From Azolla caroliniana (lineage: Eukaryota; Plantae; Polypodiophyta): a stretch of DNA of 64,000 nt. The number at the start of each line of letters is the position of its first letter. Within the stretch, counting starts at the first letter, position 1. Below the pieces are notes generated by a model. It searched no databases. It worked only from the letters and a program-made list of their open reading frames with translations, and was not told where the DNA came from. Location: NCBI GenBank assembly GCA_043228905.1, contig JBHGNT010000013.1, forward strand, positions 18,848,001 through 18,912,000. The letters run 5' to 3'. Shown here piece by piece: positions 11,675 to 24,169 of the stretch. Position numbers and translations under genes: made by a program.

Positions 11675-14600
11675 CAGAGAGAGCAAAACGCAATTTCAAA
11701 ATTATATCAGACTCTGTATACACACTGTGCTAAGTAGCACTATTTATACAAGTCCTTTTGGGACTAACAGAAGTACCATGTACTTCAATGCTCACACAAG
11801 CATCTGACACTTACTACGAGACTATAGATACCTAGTAGTCTATCCTATACTAGGCTTCCGATTGGACTTCCGGTTACGGATTGCACCCGGCCTCCACTGC
11901 TTGCCGGTTCGGTTGCTCACCGTCATACCGATCCGTTTCGCCCGATCCGTCTCGCTTACCGGCTCCGGCTTATTCAGCTGATCCGGCTCCGGTTCAGCTT
12001 GCCGCTCAACACTCCCCCTCAAGCTCAACCTGAGGTGGGGTCGTAGTGTCGACCTCTGTGGCAGTCGGTTCTTCCAACCGACTTCTCCTGGCGTCACTCC
12101 GCCTTGCTTGCGCTCCTCGTCCGGTCCGGTCTCGTTTGCCGCGACCCCTTTGGTTCTGCGCGCCTCGACCCTCTCGGTCGGCATGTCTGCTCAATAGGCC
12201 CATCTCAGCACTTACGTTGTTGTGACTCCAGCGCTTGCCGATCCGTCGGTTCTCCCACGATGGCAACGACTTCCACTGTGTCCGTGTCCCCTTGGCCTTC
12301 AGTCGATCCGACTCATCCGGATCCATCTGTTGATCCGAGTCAGCTATCTCCGACTCGTTCCAGCTCTTGTCCGAATCGGTACACTCCGATTCGACTTCCG
12401 GCTTCAGGCCTCTCACCACATCGGACCACTTCCGAGTCTTGGCCTTCTCCATGCTTCCCTCGGCTTCTTCAGCCGGTGAACCGAAATCGAATTCTTCATT
12501 CGACTCCGCATCATGGTCAGTACCGTCGTGATGACCTCCGCACAGCATGCACTTCTCTTCCTGAGTGCACAACTCTTCTTCACAGCCGCTTGCTCCAGCC
12601 TGTTCGGATGTGTCGACTTCCTTCGTCGACTCGGCTTCCTTCATCTTCTTGTCTCCTCTTCTTCCGGCTCTCCTCTTACAGACGTGTTCAACAGTTTTTT
12701 GGCCTTTGCCCGTTTTGGTAGAGACTTTGCCCTTGCTTCTCCCCCTCAAGTGCGGCATGTCGAGATGCTGAATACCAAACATGTCGGTAAAGTGTTGCAA
12801 CTTGTCCGATCCGAGCGGTTGGTGAAGATGTCGGCAACTTGCCGATCCGTATGAACATACCGTAGGTCAACTTCATCACTCACGACCCGCTCACGCACGA
12901 AGTGGTAGTGCACCTCGATGTGCTTTGTGCGAGCATGGAACACAGGGTTCCTGGCGAGCTGCAGGCTGCTCATGTTATCGCAGTAAATCGGGATCGGGGT
13001 CGATACCTCGATCCGCAAGTCTCGCAGCAGTCGCCGAAGCCAGATGGCTTCACAAGTGGCAACGGTAGCGACCCTGTACTCAGCCTTAGTGCTTGACAAA
13101 GCCACTGTGGGCTGCTTCTTGTTGCTTCACGCAACGGCCGCGCTACCTACGGAGAACATGTATCCGGAAGTGGAGCGGCGATCAGACGCATCGCCGGCCC
13201 AGTCAGCATCTGTGTAACCGACAAGCTCTTCGGGTATACCTCGCCGGTATAGCAGTACCCGGTCCTTAGTGCCGCTGACATACCTTAATATTCGTTGCGC
13301 GCACTGAAGGTGCTCCACGGTCGGCTTCTGCATGAACTGGCTTACCATGCCGACCGGATAGCTGATGTCGGGTCGGGTGATGGTTAAGTAGATCAGGCTT
13401 CTGACAACCTGTCGGAACCGTTTCTCATTGCAGGCCGGTCCGGAGTTGGGACGGAGCTTCTGGTTCCGGTCCAGGGGTGTGGAGATAGGTCGACAATCCG
13501 TCATGCCGAACTTATACAGCATATTCAACACGTAATGTCGTTGTGAGAGCAATATGCCGTCGGGGGTCCGGATCACTTCGATCCCAAGAAAATAATGAAG
13601 GTCCCCCAGGTCCTTCATTTCAAATGCGTCCGACAACTGGGACTTGACGCGGTTGATTTCTGGAAGACTCGGTCCGGTGATGACTAAATCATCCACATAC
13701 AAGAGTATACATACCGGACCGTCAGAGCCTTGCCGGATGAACAACGAAGAGTCTGACTTAGAGACAGCAAACCCCAGCTTACGCAACCGGTGCGTGATCT
13801 TCGTGTTCCAAGCTCGGGGGGCTTGCTTCAAGCCGTAAAGCGACTTCTTCAGTCGGCATACCGCCGACTTGTTCATCTCCGATTGAAATCCGGGGGGCTG
13901 AGTCATAAAGACTTCTTCTTCAAGCTCGCCTTGAAGGAAGGCATTCTTCACATCCATCTGGTGAAGATGCCACCCCCTTGCCGCAGCAACCGCCAGTACC
14001 ACACAAACCGTCGTCATCTTCGCCACAGGAGCGAAGGTCTCGTCATAGTCGATTCCGTGGGTCCGCGCGTATCCCTTCGCCACTAACCGGGCTTTGTACC
14101 GGTTAACAGAACCGTCGGCGTTGTGCTTGACCTTGTACACCCACTTGCATCCGATCGGTTTACAGTGACGGGGAGGATCAACTAGGTCCCAAGTTTCGTT
14201 GGCATCGAGTGCCCGCATTTCTTCGTCCATAGCGGCACGCCAATTTGCGTCCTTTGCCACTTCTGCGTAGCTCTCCGGCTCACGCACTTCTGTCACTTTC
14301 GTCATGTACGCATAATGATGCGCCATGTATTCATTGTACCTGTACCGCATGACAGGATCCTTCTGGCGGGTTGATCGGCGCAATGCACCATCACCTGATT
14401 TGAGGCCCTTCTTGGCGAGTTCGGTCTTCGTTGCCGAAGATCTGCCTTTCTCCTTTCCGGAGTCGGATACGCACCGATCCGACTCATCGTTGCCGATTTT
14501 GAATTCTGGCATCTTCCTCTTCCCCTTCTCTTTGCGCGTGAACCGTTTCCTCGGTTCCTTGCGCGGGGAGAGCACGGCAGAGTCTCCACCACTTGCCGTC

Positions 14601-15623
14601 TCTTCATCCGACTGGTCCAACCGACTCAGTCGCTCGTTCGGTCCACTCAACCGTAACGATTCCAGACTCTCATCTTGAGTCTCGGCTTCATCATCCTCTG
14701 CCAGGGCTGATTCAGGCTCACTGGCCTGATCTTCCGGCATTGGGTCGGGATCGGAAGTCGGAGTCGGTACGGAGTACCAGGATGCCGATTCATCGAACTC
14801 GACATCCCGGCTAACTCGGACTTCCTTCGTCCGGGGGTTATAGCACTTATACCCCTTTTGCTCTTGAGCATAGCCGACTAAGATGCATTTTTCTGATTTT
14901 GCATCCAGCTTTCTCCGCTTCTGATCCGGCACATGCACATACGCTATGCTGTCGAATATCCAAAGGTGTCTTAAGTTCGGCTTGCGCCCGAAATACAGCT
15001 CATGAGCTGACACCTTGTCACCAATGCGGTTTTGTATGTAGACGGTCGTCTGGACCGCCTCCGCCCAGTAGAACCGGGGCATGCTCTTCTCCTCAAGCAT
15101 TTCCCTTGCCGCTTCGACGAGTGTCCGGTTCTTCCTTTCGGCCACACCGTTTTGCTCCGGTGTGTATCTGCAACTGAACTCCCGCCGAATTCCCTTCTGC
15201 TGCAGATAACTAGTGAATTGGCCGGAAAAATATTCCTTTCCGCCATCCGACCGAAGGCACTTGATCTTCCTCTCCAATTCCCGTTCCACCATCTTCTGGA
15301 GGCTCCGGAAACAGTCAAAGACTTCGCTCTTCCGCTCAACAAGGTAGATCCAAGTATGTCGAGTATAGTCGTCGATGAAGGACACGAAGTATCGGCTCCC
15401 GCCAAGGCTTACACTTTGTGCCGGTCCCCACACATCCGAATGGATGAGATCGAGCTTGTTACGGCTCCAGTTCCGTTCGGCGGGGAATGGAAGCCGATGT
15501 TGCTTCCCAAGTTGGCAAGCTTCACAAATTTCAGCTCTCCGGCCGCTGAACTTCGGCAAACCGAAAACGACTTGTTTCGTTTGCAGGTCTTGAAGCCTCC
15601 GGTAGTTGACGTGGCCTATCCGC
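11602..15623 (-). mobile_element. Ty1/Copia element (3' LTR 11602-12011, pol), cut by the gap; same insertion as 45289-50835
   Basis: ORF 13127-15559 has integrase (HSDVWGP, SDGGKEY) before RT (LYVDD) and RNase H (YTDADWAG). PPT next to 12011; LTR TG...CA. Confidence 0.92.
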
Positions 15624-15723
15624 NNNNNNNNNNNNNNNNNNNNNNNNNNNNNNNNNNNNNNNNNNNNNNNNNNNNNNNNNNNNNNNNNNNNNNNNNNNNN
15701 NNNNNNNNNNNNNNNNNNNNNNN
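15624..15723. other. Assembly gap (100 N)
   Basis: Run of N. Confidence 1.
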
Positions 15724-16395
15724 ACCATAGTTGTGTAAAGTAGCTAATAAGCTATCCTAGTAGCTAATTAGCTACTAGCAGCTAATTAGCTATCCTAGTA
15801 GCTAATTAGCTATCCTACTAGCTAATTAGCTACTACCATAGTTGAGTAAAGTAGCTAATTAGCTAGTAGGATAGCTAATTAGCTACTACCATAGTTGAGT
15901 AAAGTACCTAATTAGCTATCCTACTAGCTAATTAGCTACTGGCAACTAATTAGCTATCCTACTAGCTAATTAGCTACTACCATAGTTGAGTAAAGTAGCT
16001 AATTAGCTATCCTACTAGCTAATTAGCTACTACCATAGTTGAGTAAAGTACCTAATTAGCTATCCTACTAGCTAATTAGCTACTGGCAACTAATTAGCTA
16101 TCCTAGTAGCTAATTAGCTGCTGGCAACTAATTGGCTATCCTACTAGCGAATTAGCTATCCTAGTAGCTACTGCCATAGTTGTGTAAAGTAGCTAATAAG
16201 CTATCCTAGTAGCTAATTAGCTACTGGCAGCTAATTAGCTGTCCTAGTAGCTAATAAGCTATCCTAACTACTACCATAGTTGAGTAAAGTACCTAATTAG
16301 CTATCATACTAGCTAATTAGCTATCGTACTAGCTAATTAGCTATCCTAGCTTCTACCATAGTTTAGTAAAGTAGCTAATTAGCTATCCTAAATAA
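15724..16395. repeat. Intronic TAGCTAATTAGCTA array (passenger gene, copy B)
   Basis: Dozens of palindrome copies directly visible. Confidence 0.95.
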
Positions 16396-16412
16396 CTGTC
16401 ATGTTATTGTAG

Positions 16413-16948
16413 AATCTTGTGGATTAAGGACGGCACATGATGTGTCTGGTGCTGATGATGCTGCAACAGATGAGGATACTACTGCCAATGTGGCTGAAAG
16501 TAAGAGTCCTGCTATCACATCTCCTTCAGATCAGCTGCACCCTATTCTTTTGGAACAGTGTACTGAATTAGGCAACGATGTGAAATGCCATGAAATAGTG
16601 GAAACAACATGTAAAACTGAGGTTCACAACAACAGTGTTTATGAACACTTGATGCAACATTTCTTCGAGTCTCAAGACCTTGATTCCACCCCACCGAGCC
16701 CAACTACTGAAAATGTCCAAACAGATCCCTCTGTACTTGAAAAGGTAGTTCAAGAAACGGCTGATGTGCAATTAGCTGCTGAGGTGATGGGAAGGTTGTC
16801 GGAGGAGGACACACTTGCGCATTGGGTCCTAGAAGCAAGGCTAAATGGGGAACCAACCAGAAAAAGGCTGAAGAAGGGGCCACGATCGGGAACAAGACCA
16901 GTTACTCGGTCAAGGGGCCCAGACGTAGTGGAGCGAAATACTGTTTAG
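16413..16948 (+). CDS. Passenger-gene acidic exon, copy B (open)
   Basis: Acceptor GTTATTGTAG|AATCT; ORF 16442-16948 ends RKRLKKGPRSGTRPVTRSRGPDVVERNTV. Confidence 0.6.
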
Positions 16949-17197
16949 TTGGATATGATTGTTAGCTTAGGGATTTTGCTAGGGTTTTATGAAGTTTTAC
17001 TATCCTGTTGGACAAGTAAAACCTCAGATTGGTTGTTGCTTGATCCACATTATGTATTGGAACTCTATGATGTTTTTCCAAGATAATTTGAAGAGTGTTG
17101 TTCTATGACTGAAACTCTTTGATGTTCAGGATATTGTTTTGTGAGACTAGTAGTTACTTTGTGAGTGTGAATATGTTGGTGTTTTCTGATGTTGCAG

Positions 17198-18213
17198 AGT
17201 CTAAAGGGTTTGATTCTATTGCTCGTAAGGCCAATGGCAGTGTGGATACTGTTGATGTTGCGGCATGTTTAAAGGGCCCCATCTTGAAAGTAGATGTAGC
17301 AACTGACACAAGTGATCTGGTCACACAAGTTGATCAAGCATGTAGCACGGATGACTTGGTGTTGCAGGTAGATGCAGCATGTAGCACGGATGACTTGGTG
17401 TTGCAGGTAGATGCAGCATGTGATACCAGTGGATTGATATCGAGCAGAACAGTAGCTACATGCACTGAGGTAATCCAAGGATTGATAACTAAGTCGACAA
17501 AACAAGAGCACCAGAATGTGAAGCTAGGCCCAACACAGTCGACTAGGGGTTTAAAGAGGAAAAGGACACCAGTTGTGTCAGCCGAACCTGAGCTGATTGA
17601 GATTGATCGTATCCTACCAGAAAATGGTGTAACAGCGGCTCAGTTTCAGGAATGGAAACCTAAACCACTAGAAGTCGAGCGAAGAGCCTTGATCTTGGAG
17701 CTGGATAAAGTCTTGATGAGTGTGAGATATATGCAGCCAAGGAGGGACGCAAATCAGTTTCTAGAGTGGGCTGCGGAGTACTTCGATTTGTTTATTTGGA
17801 GTGAGAAACCAAAATGAGATGTGTGGAAGTGTTTGGCAAGATTCTTCCCAAAATGGCGAAGTCGTTTTAAAGGTCAATGGGCACGAGAAAATTGTGAGCA
17901 GATGGAAGCTGCAAGATTCAAGAGGCTTTCTGATTTTTGGGCTACTTGGCCTGAATATAATGCTGACAATACATTGATTTTGGATACAGAACATTTCCGA
18001 CACTACTTCAATATTCGGAGATGCTGTCTCATTCTACCCGAGGAAATGCCTGAACAGTACCTGGTGCAAACAGTGAGCTGCCAACTAGGTGCATGGTTGT
18101 GGACTCCATACCGAGCTCAATATGCGGATAATATATGTAGACTCGTTCCACTGACTAGCAAGAGCTTAGCTGTTTATAGGAGATTTGTAGACATTTCCAA
18201 TGGTAATTTATAA
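17198..18213 (+). pseudogene. FCP1/SCP-like HAD domain exon, copy B (stop at 17815-17817; extra 39-bp repeat unit)
   Basis: ORFs 17119-17817 and 17821-18213 are in one frame; ELDKV motif; ACSTDDLVLQVDA duplicated. Confidence 0.7.
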
Positions 18214-18359
18214 ATATGTAAAGAGATGACATTATTCAATGAAGAATTTAATTACTTGTTCCCACTGTACTTATCTACTATGTAATTTGAGGAATATGTT
18301 GCAGATTGTTGATTTCATTCTATTGATGACTATTTAGCTATTGACAGCTAATTAGCTAC

Positions 18360-18916
18360 ATTTGTACAGCTAATTAGCTGCATTTGTACAGCTAATTAGC
18401 TGCATTTGTACAGCTAATTAGCTGCATTTGTACAGCTAATTAGCTACTGATGACTATTTCGCTATAACTTATAACTTAAAACTTAACAAAAAAGACATGA
18501 TTTTATTGAGAAAGAAGCACAGAAAGCAGACTGTATACAAGAAATTGATTCCAAACGAATTTATTGATCTGTTTTCGCGAAATACATGTTTGTTTTACAA
18601 GAGAACATGGTAAGTGCTACTTGTAGCTACAAATTCCATCGCATACTATTGTAAATACATTTGTACAGCTAATTAGCTGCATTTGTACAGCTAATTAGCT
18701 ACTGATGACTATTTCGCTATAACTTATAACTTAAAACTTAACAAAAAAGACATGATTTTATTGAGAAAGAAGCACAGAAAGCAGACTGTATACAAGAAAT
18801 TGATTCCAAACGAATTTATTGATCTGTTTTCGCGAAATACATGTTTGTTTTACAAGAGAACATGGTAAGTGCTACTTGTAGCTACAAATTCCATGGCATA
18901 CTATTGTAAATACATT
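18360..18916. repeat. 22-bp repeat (CATTTGTACAGCTAATTAGCTG, ~4x) plus ~255-bp tandem duplication of the transposase 3' end
   Basis: GAGAACATGGTAAGTGCTAC occurs at 18601 and 18856; absent from copies A and C. Confidence 0.85.
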
Positions 18917-20728
18917 CATACACATTAGCACCAACAGTGTATAAACCGGAGCAGCTATTGTATTCTGACATTGGGACGTTGATGCATCTGACCAAATGAG
19001 AGTACATATACGCTGCTGGTTTGTCTTCTAACAGCCTGTACACATATTCGTAGTCATCTAGTTTTGCATAAAAAATGCCTTCGATGTAGAATGTCCCGGC
19101 AGATACAAAATTTCCCCATGCATCTACAATATTCTGCCTTGCACACTGTTTACTAACCGTGCACTTTAATATATAGAAATCAGCACCCTCTGAATTGCCT
19201 TCTTCAGCATTTACAGCGAAGTTATCCCCAACGTTCAGGACATCACTCAAAGTATCTCCAAGTCCCTCATATGTGAAGTCAGCATTCTGCCCTGTTTCTC
19301 CATCAACTGCTTCCTTATCATTCAGAGTGTGATACTCCCAATTCTGAATGTATGCTTTGTTTAGACAATATCTCCAATTTCCCTGCACACAAAGGAAGCA
19401 AAAACAAGTCAATTCTCTAACCGCAATACAATGACCATCCAACCTGGAATAACCGCGAACAGCATGCAGAGATCGCAATTCGGGAATTCCTTGGCACTCC
19501 CAGGTCTTCTCCCTATTTACTTCATCTATCTTCACTTCCCAAAATTCACGTTTGATATCTCGAACTTGCGAGGAATAAACACCTGTGGCACTCGTCGACA
19601 TATTTGTTCCTAAAAATTCAACTACATGTGATGCACAATTCATGTGCACACCATCTGTCTTTAGTTGTTCATGGGTAAGTGCCCGCTTTATAACAGCCCC
19701 TGCACCATCATGTTCACCTTTACCATGGCCAGACCCAAAAAAATTCCATCTCATCTCCAAACCTGTTATAGTAGGATACCTCCCCACAAAATAAAATGGA
19801 CTCGAGCCTTGAATTGTGACGCAGCTCCGTCAGACCAGACCCAATGTTGAGTAAGCTCCAAACGTTGAGCTAATAACCACTGCCAATGTAACTTAAAACA
19901 GTGTTGGACGAACAAGGTATCATGCTTCTTATCATCGGAAATAAAGAAATGAATTACTTTTTTAACATCACCTGAAACTCGAAAATATGTTATGTGCACA
20001 AAAATGGTTACCTGAACTGAACACCAATGCATAGATTGAATTTCATTCTGCTGCTTGAAAGTATAATTCTCTGCGAAATCTACTACTGAGACTACTACAT
20101 CATTTGGGAAATCAGATATGCAAGTCTTAAACTGATGGGCCTGCCATGAATAAATGAAGTTGTGTTTAATGAACTTTCCTAGAGATACTACAAACAGAGA
20201 CACCAAATCCCTTGGTTTAAGCATCTTCCGAACTAGATCCTTTCTTTTACACACCTTTCCTTCGAAATTGGTGTTCACTGACTCAAATAACTTCACAGAG
20301 ATCAATATTTCACTACTCAATTCATTTGGACACCACCTAAATCTAGTAGGGCCACAATCTTGACATAAACCCATGACACATTTATGAATATGGAAGATAG
20401 CGTCAGATTCTCTCGGACACAATATTGAATCTAATAAATAACTCATGGAAGAGATAACGTGCTCAGATGATTTACACTCCTCTTGCGGGCTTGATCGACA
20501 GATTTGGCACCCACATGTGCAAACTGTATTAGTTAGGGATGCGCTATGGTGACGTAGTAGATTAACAGAGTCCTTCAGAAAACCCATCTGTACATGGTAA
20601 ATGCAACAACATGTGTATCGATCCTTTAAGCGTCTCACAAAGTGTGGCTTAAGAGACTCGAATGTTCGTAGTTGAACTTTGATAGTTGGATGCATTCGTT
20701 TGAACCTAATAAATAAATCGACCTGCGT

Positions 20729-23700
20729 TGTCGTAGTGTATTTCGTACACTACGTGAAAAAGTAAAAATAATATAACCGATTTAATTACATACCAATAAA
20801 TAAAATAAGAATATCAAGATATTTATCACGTGCATAGGGCAAGATTCGAACCATGTACCTCCACGTAACCAAACTTCAACTTTACCATTATGCTACCTTA
20901 TCTTTAGTGTTCTATAAATAGATTTAATAACTATAAGTGCTTTATTTGCGCCTACCTTTATTAAAAGGTAAATCATGCATTTTTAGAGTGCGTGAATATT
21001 TTATAGAAAAACGCAAGCAACTAAAAAGAGACTCATGCACATCTAGCGTGCATGAGCACTATATTTAGCAAATAAAAGCAAGGATTAAAAAAGCATGTAG
21101 CTATGCTTAGTCTTTCCCATCACTACATAAGGATGGGGAGCACAATGTAATAGTGTGTGAAATATTTGGAAATTGGATATATTTCCGAAAACACCAACCG
21201 ATTAATATAATCGTGGGATTCACGAAAATAATATAATCTATACTTATGGGATTCACAAGTTTCTTATATATTTCTTTCAATCTAAATACATATTCTTATC
21301 TAAATATTGATTAATCGAATAAAATACACTCGTGGGATTCACGAAATTTCTATCTCTCTTTCTAATAACCTATTCATTACTAGCCTCATCTCATATTCTT
21401 CTTTCTCCTAGTCCAAAACCTCGGCGGTTCCCACCCGACTCACGCAACGATCCGGAGCCGAAAGGCACGACACAGTTGGTGAACCCGACGTGAAGGCGGG
21501 TGGCAAGGAGATGGAGAATCAACAAGAGGCGATGAACATGATGATGATGATGTTCGAACGGATGCTACAAGAACAACGAGCGATGTCGGAGATCACGGCG
21601 GTAGTAAAGCGGCTCGTACAACGAAACGGGGAATTCAACGGTAAGGGTGTCTCACGCTACCTACGTGAATATAAGGCGGAGATGATGCAATATCGGATAC
21701 CGGAAGGATTGCAAGTGATATCCTTTAACCGGGTGGCCTCGGACGAACTACAAGAGAGAATCCACAAGATACAACAACAAAACTCGACATGGGAGTCCTT
21801 TGAAGAAGCTTTACGAGAGGCATATGACTACGAGAGATCGAAGGGACGAGATCGACGAGAATTCGACGAATGGGTGGCGTCGGAGAAGACTCACCGAAGT
21901 GCAACGCAAGCGTTCCTAGAGTTCGAGCATCGTTTTGCTCGACTCTCGGAGCGGGAACGAAGATTGGTGGGAGGAGATAAAGTCTTAATGTTCGTAAGAT
22001 CGATCGATCGGAAAGAAAGGATGGACATCGGGATCGAACTCGAAGATGATGACGGTGCGAACGGTCTTACCGAGGATTGGGCCAAAGTCGAAAGGGTATG
22101 CCGAAGACATGATGAAAGGAAGCTGAGAATCTCGTCAACAACGACATGGCCCATGAAGGATGGTCGATTGAGGAAAAACAATGAAGCCAATATGAAGGCC
22201 GAAATACAACATGATGGTACCACGGGAGAAAGAGTGGAACAAGACACCCACTCGTCTTGTGAAAGAACGATGGCGAAGGATAAGGCCGATAATTCAAGTG
22301 TAGAAGGAAATTTCGGGATACAAGTGCCCGAGACATCGGGTCAAAAAGGGGTAAGCATAATAGATGTTTGCATAATTGATGCAGATAAAGAGTGTGAAGC
22401 GGATGTGATTAAGGAGGTAGCCACAAAAGACGAAATCGAATCGGAGGTGGCTATGGACGAATCAATGGCGGATTGCCATATCGAGACTTCCCCACCACTG
22501 ATTCTAGAGACTCCGGCGGTTGCGTTCGAAAGGCAACGTGAGACCGAAGAGACGGAAGGTGGCGGAGAGAAAACAAAGGTCGAAGTCGATGCATACGACG
22601 GAGAGATAGCCGAGAATATGGCTATGGGTGAAACAATGGAGGATGATAATACCGAGGATTCCTACCCACTAATTCTAGAGACTTCGGCAGTTGTGTCCGA
22701 GAACCAACGTGAGACCGGAGAGACGGGAGGTGGCAGCAAGAAAGGTAAAGTCGGAAGCCGGTTTGGATGGAAGGTGATACGGACGGGATTCCGATCCGAA
22801 AGAAAGCCGACCCGAAAAGGGGTCGACTCGGTCAAAACCGATCGACTGAGTCTGACTTGGCCGAACGCGAATATGGATGGAAGCCGACCTAGCCGAAAGC
22901 CGATCGGACGAAACCGATCCGAAAAGAAGCTAATCCGACTCAACCGGAGGTTGGACCGGTCGAGGCCGGTGAAAACGAGGAAAAGAAAGCCAACCGAAAC
23001 CGAAACCGATAGATCGAAACCGGGCCGGAAGGAGACCAACTCAATCGAAACTGAACAACCGATTCCGATTCGGCCGAATACGAATCCGATCGGAAGCCGA
23101 TCAAACCGAAAGTCGATCGAACGAGAGCGATCCGGAAAAAAGTCAAGGTTGATGAAGACAAGAAAGAGGCCAGTAAAAGACACTACCACGAATGACAAGG
23201 GCCAAGAATATGACGAGAGAGAACAAAGAATATGGTGGATCGGATGGCAACAATGGTTCGGGTGGAAAGAATGGGTCTACTCAAAATGGAGAGACAAAGT
23301 TGACATAGCGGGACAAACGGAGGATGAAGGGGAGACAACGAGCATCGGCAACTTCGGCACATACCGGAGGATGTGCGGGTTCGGAGGGGGCGAGTGTCGT
23401 AGTGTATTTCGTACACTACGTGAAAAAGTAAAAATAATATAACCGATTTAATTACATACCAATAAATAAAATAAGAATATCAAGATATTTATCACGTGCA
23501 TAGGGCAAGATTCGAACCATGTACCTCCACGTAGCCAAACTTCAACTTTACCATTATGCTACCTTATCTTTAGTGTTCTATAAATAGATTTAATAACTAT
23601 AAGTGCTTTATTTGCGCCTACCTTTATTAAAAGGTAAATCATGCATTTTTAGAGTGCGTGAATATTTTATAGAAAAACGCAAGCAACTAAAAAGAGACTC

Positions 23701-24138
23701 ATGCACATCTAGCGTGCATGAGCACTATATTTAGCAAATAAAAGCAAGGATTAAAAAAGCATGTAGCTATGCTTAGTCTTTCCCATCACTACATAAGGAT
23801 GGGGAGCACAATGTAATAGTGTGTGAAATATTTGGAAATTGGATATATTTCCAAAAACACCAACCGATTAATATAATCGTGGGATTCACGAAAATAATAT
23901 AATCTATACTTATGGGATTCACAAGTTTCTTATATATTTCTTTCAATCTAAATACATATTCTTATCTAAATATTGATTAATCGAATAAAATACACTCGTG
24001 GGATTCACGAAATTTCTATCTCTCTTTCTAATAACCTATTCATTACTAGCCTCATCTCATATTCTTCTTTCTCCTAGTCCAAAACCTCGGCGGTTCCCAC
24101 CCGACTCACGCAACGATCCGGAGCCGAAAGGCACGACA
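20729..24138 (+). mobile_element. Non-autonomous gag-only LTR retrotransposon (TR-GAG-like) of Gypsy affinity
   Basis: 744-bp near-identical LTRs 20729-21472 and 23395-24138 (TGTCG...CGACA); 4-bp TSD GCGT; PBS TGGTGAACCCGACGTGA at 21477-21493; purine tract before the 3' LTR. Confidence 0.92.
21490..23442 (+). CDS. Gag-like protein with acidic then basic low-complexity tail; no protease, RT or integrase
   Basis: GEFNGKGVSRYLREYKAEM and KVLMFVRSID...GLTEDWAKVERV align by eye with Gag at 55124-56614 (GQFSGKDATSYLEAYRVEM; RVLLFVKSVD...GLTTDWAVVKRV). First ATG is probably 21511. Confidence 0.78.
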   Translation: MKAGGKEMENQQEAMNMMMMMFERMLQEQRAMSEITAVVKRLVQRNGEFNGKGVSRYLREYKAEMMQYRIPEGLQVISFNRVASDELQERIHKIQQQNSTWESFEEALREAYDYERSKGRDRREFDEWVASEKTHRSATQAFLEFEHRFARLSERERRLVGGDKVLMFVRSIDRKERMDIGIELEDDDGANGLTEDWAKVERVCRRHDERKLRISSTTTWPMKDGRLRKNNEANMKAEIQHDGTTGERVEQDTHSSCERTMAKDKADNSSVEGNFGIQVPETSGQKGVSIIDVCIIDADKECEADVIKEVATKDEIESEVAMDESMADCHIETSPPLILETPAVAFERQRETEETEGGGEKTKVEVDAYDGEIAENMAMGETMEDDNTEDSYPLILETSAVVSENQRETGETGGGSKKGKVGSRFGWKVIRTGFRSERKPTRKGVDSVKTDRLSLTWPNANMDGSRPSRKPIGRNRSEKKLIRLNRRLDRSRPVKTRKRKPTETETDRSKPGRKETNSIETEQPIPIRPNTNPIGSRSNRKSIERERSGKKSRLMKTRKRPVKDTTTNDKGQEYDEREQRIWWIGWQQWFGWKEWVYSKWRDKVDIAGQTEDEGETTSIGNFGTYRRMCGFGGGECRSVFRTLREKVKII

Positions 24139-24169
24139 GCGTAATAAAGGGGAATTAGTTATTCTCGTA

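Larger units (their letters stand above)
4592..15623 (+). mobile_element. Sola2-like DNA transposon, copy A (left end to scaffold gap)
   Basis: TIR GGGTGAAAGCATGCGAGTGGAAACA at 4592-4616, preceded by ATAT (4588-4591). Same flank and internal organisation as copy C. Confidence 0.85.

Noticed and set aside
15032-15730. ORFs running through poly-X
   Set aside because: Artefact of the N gap and of antisense reading of Copia integrase.
21477-21493. tRNA-Trp gene fragment (also 56639-56655)
   Set aside because: Only 17 nt complementary to the tRNA 3' end, right beside an LTR; it is a primer-binding site.
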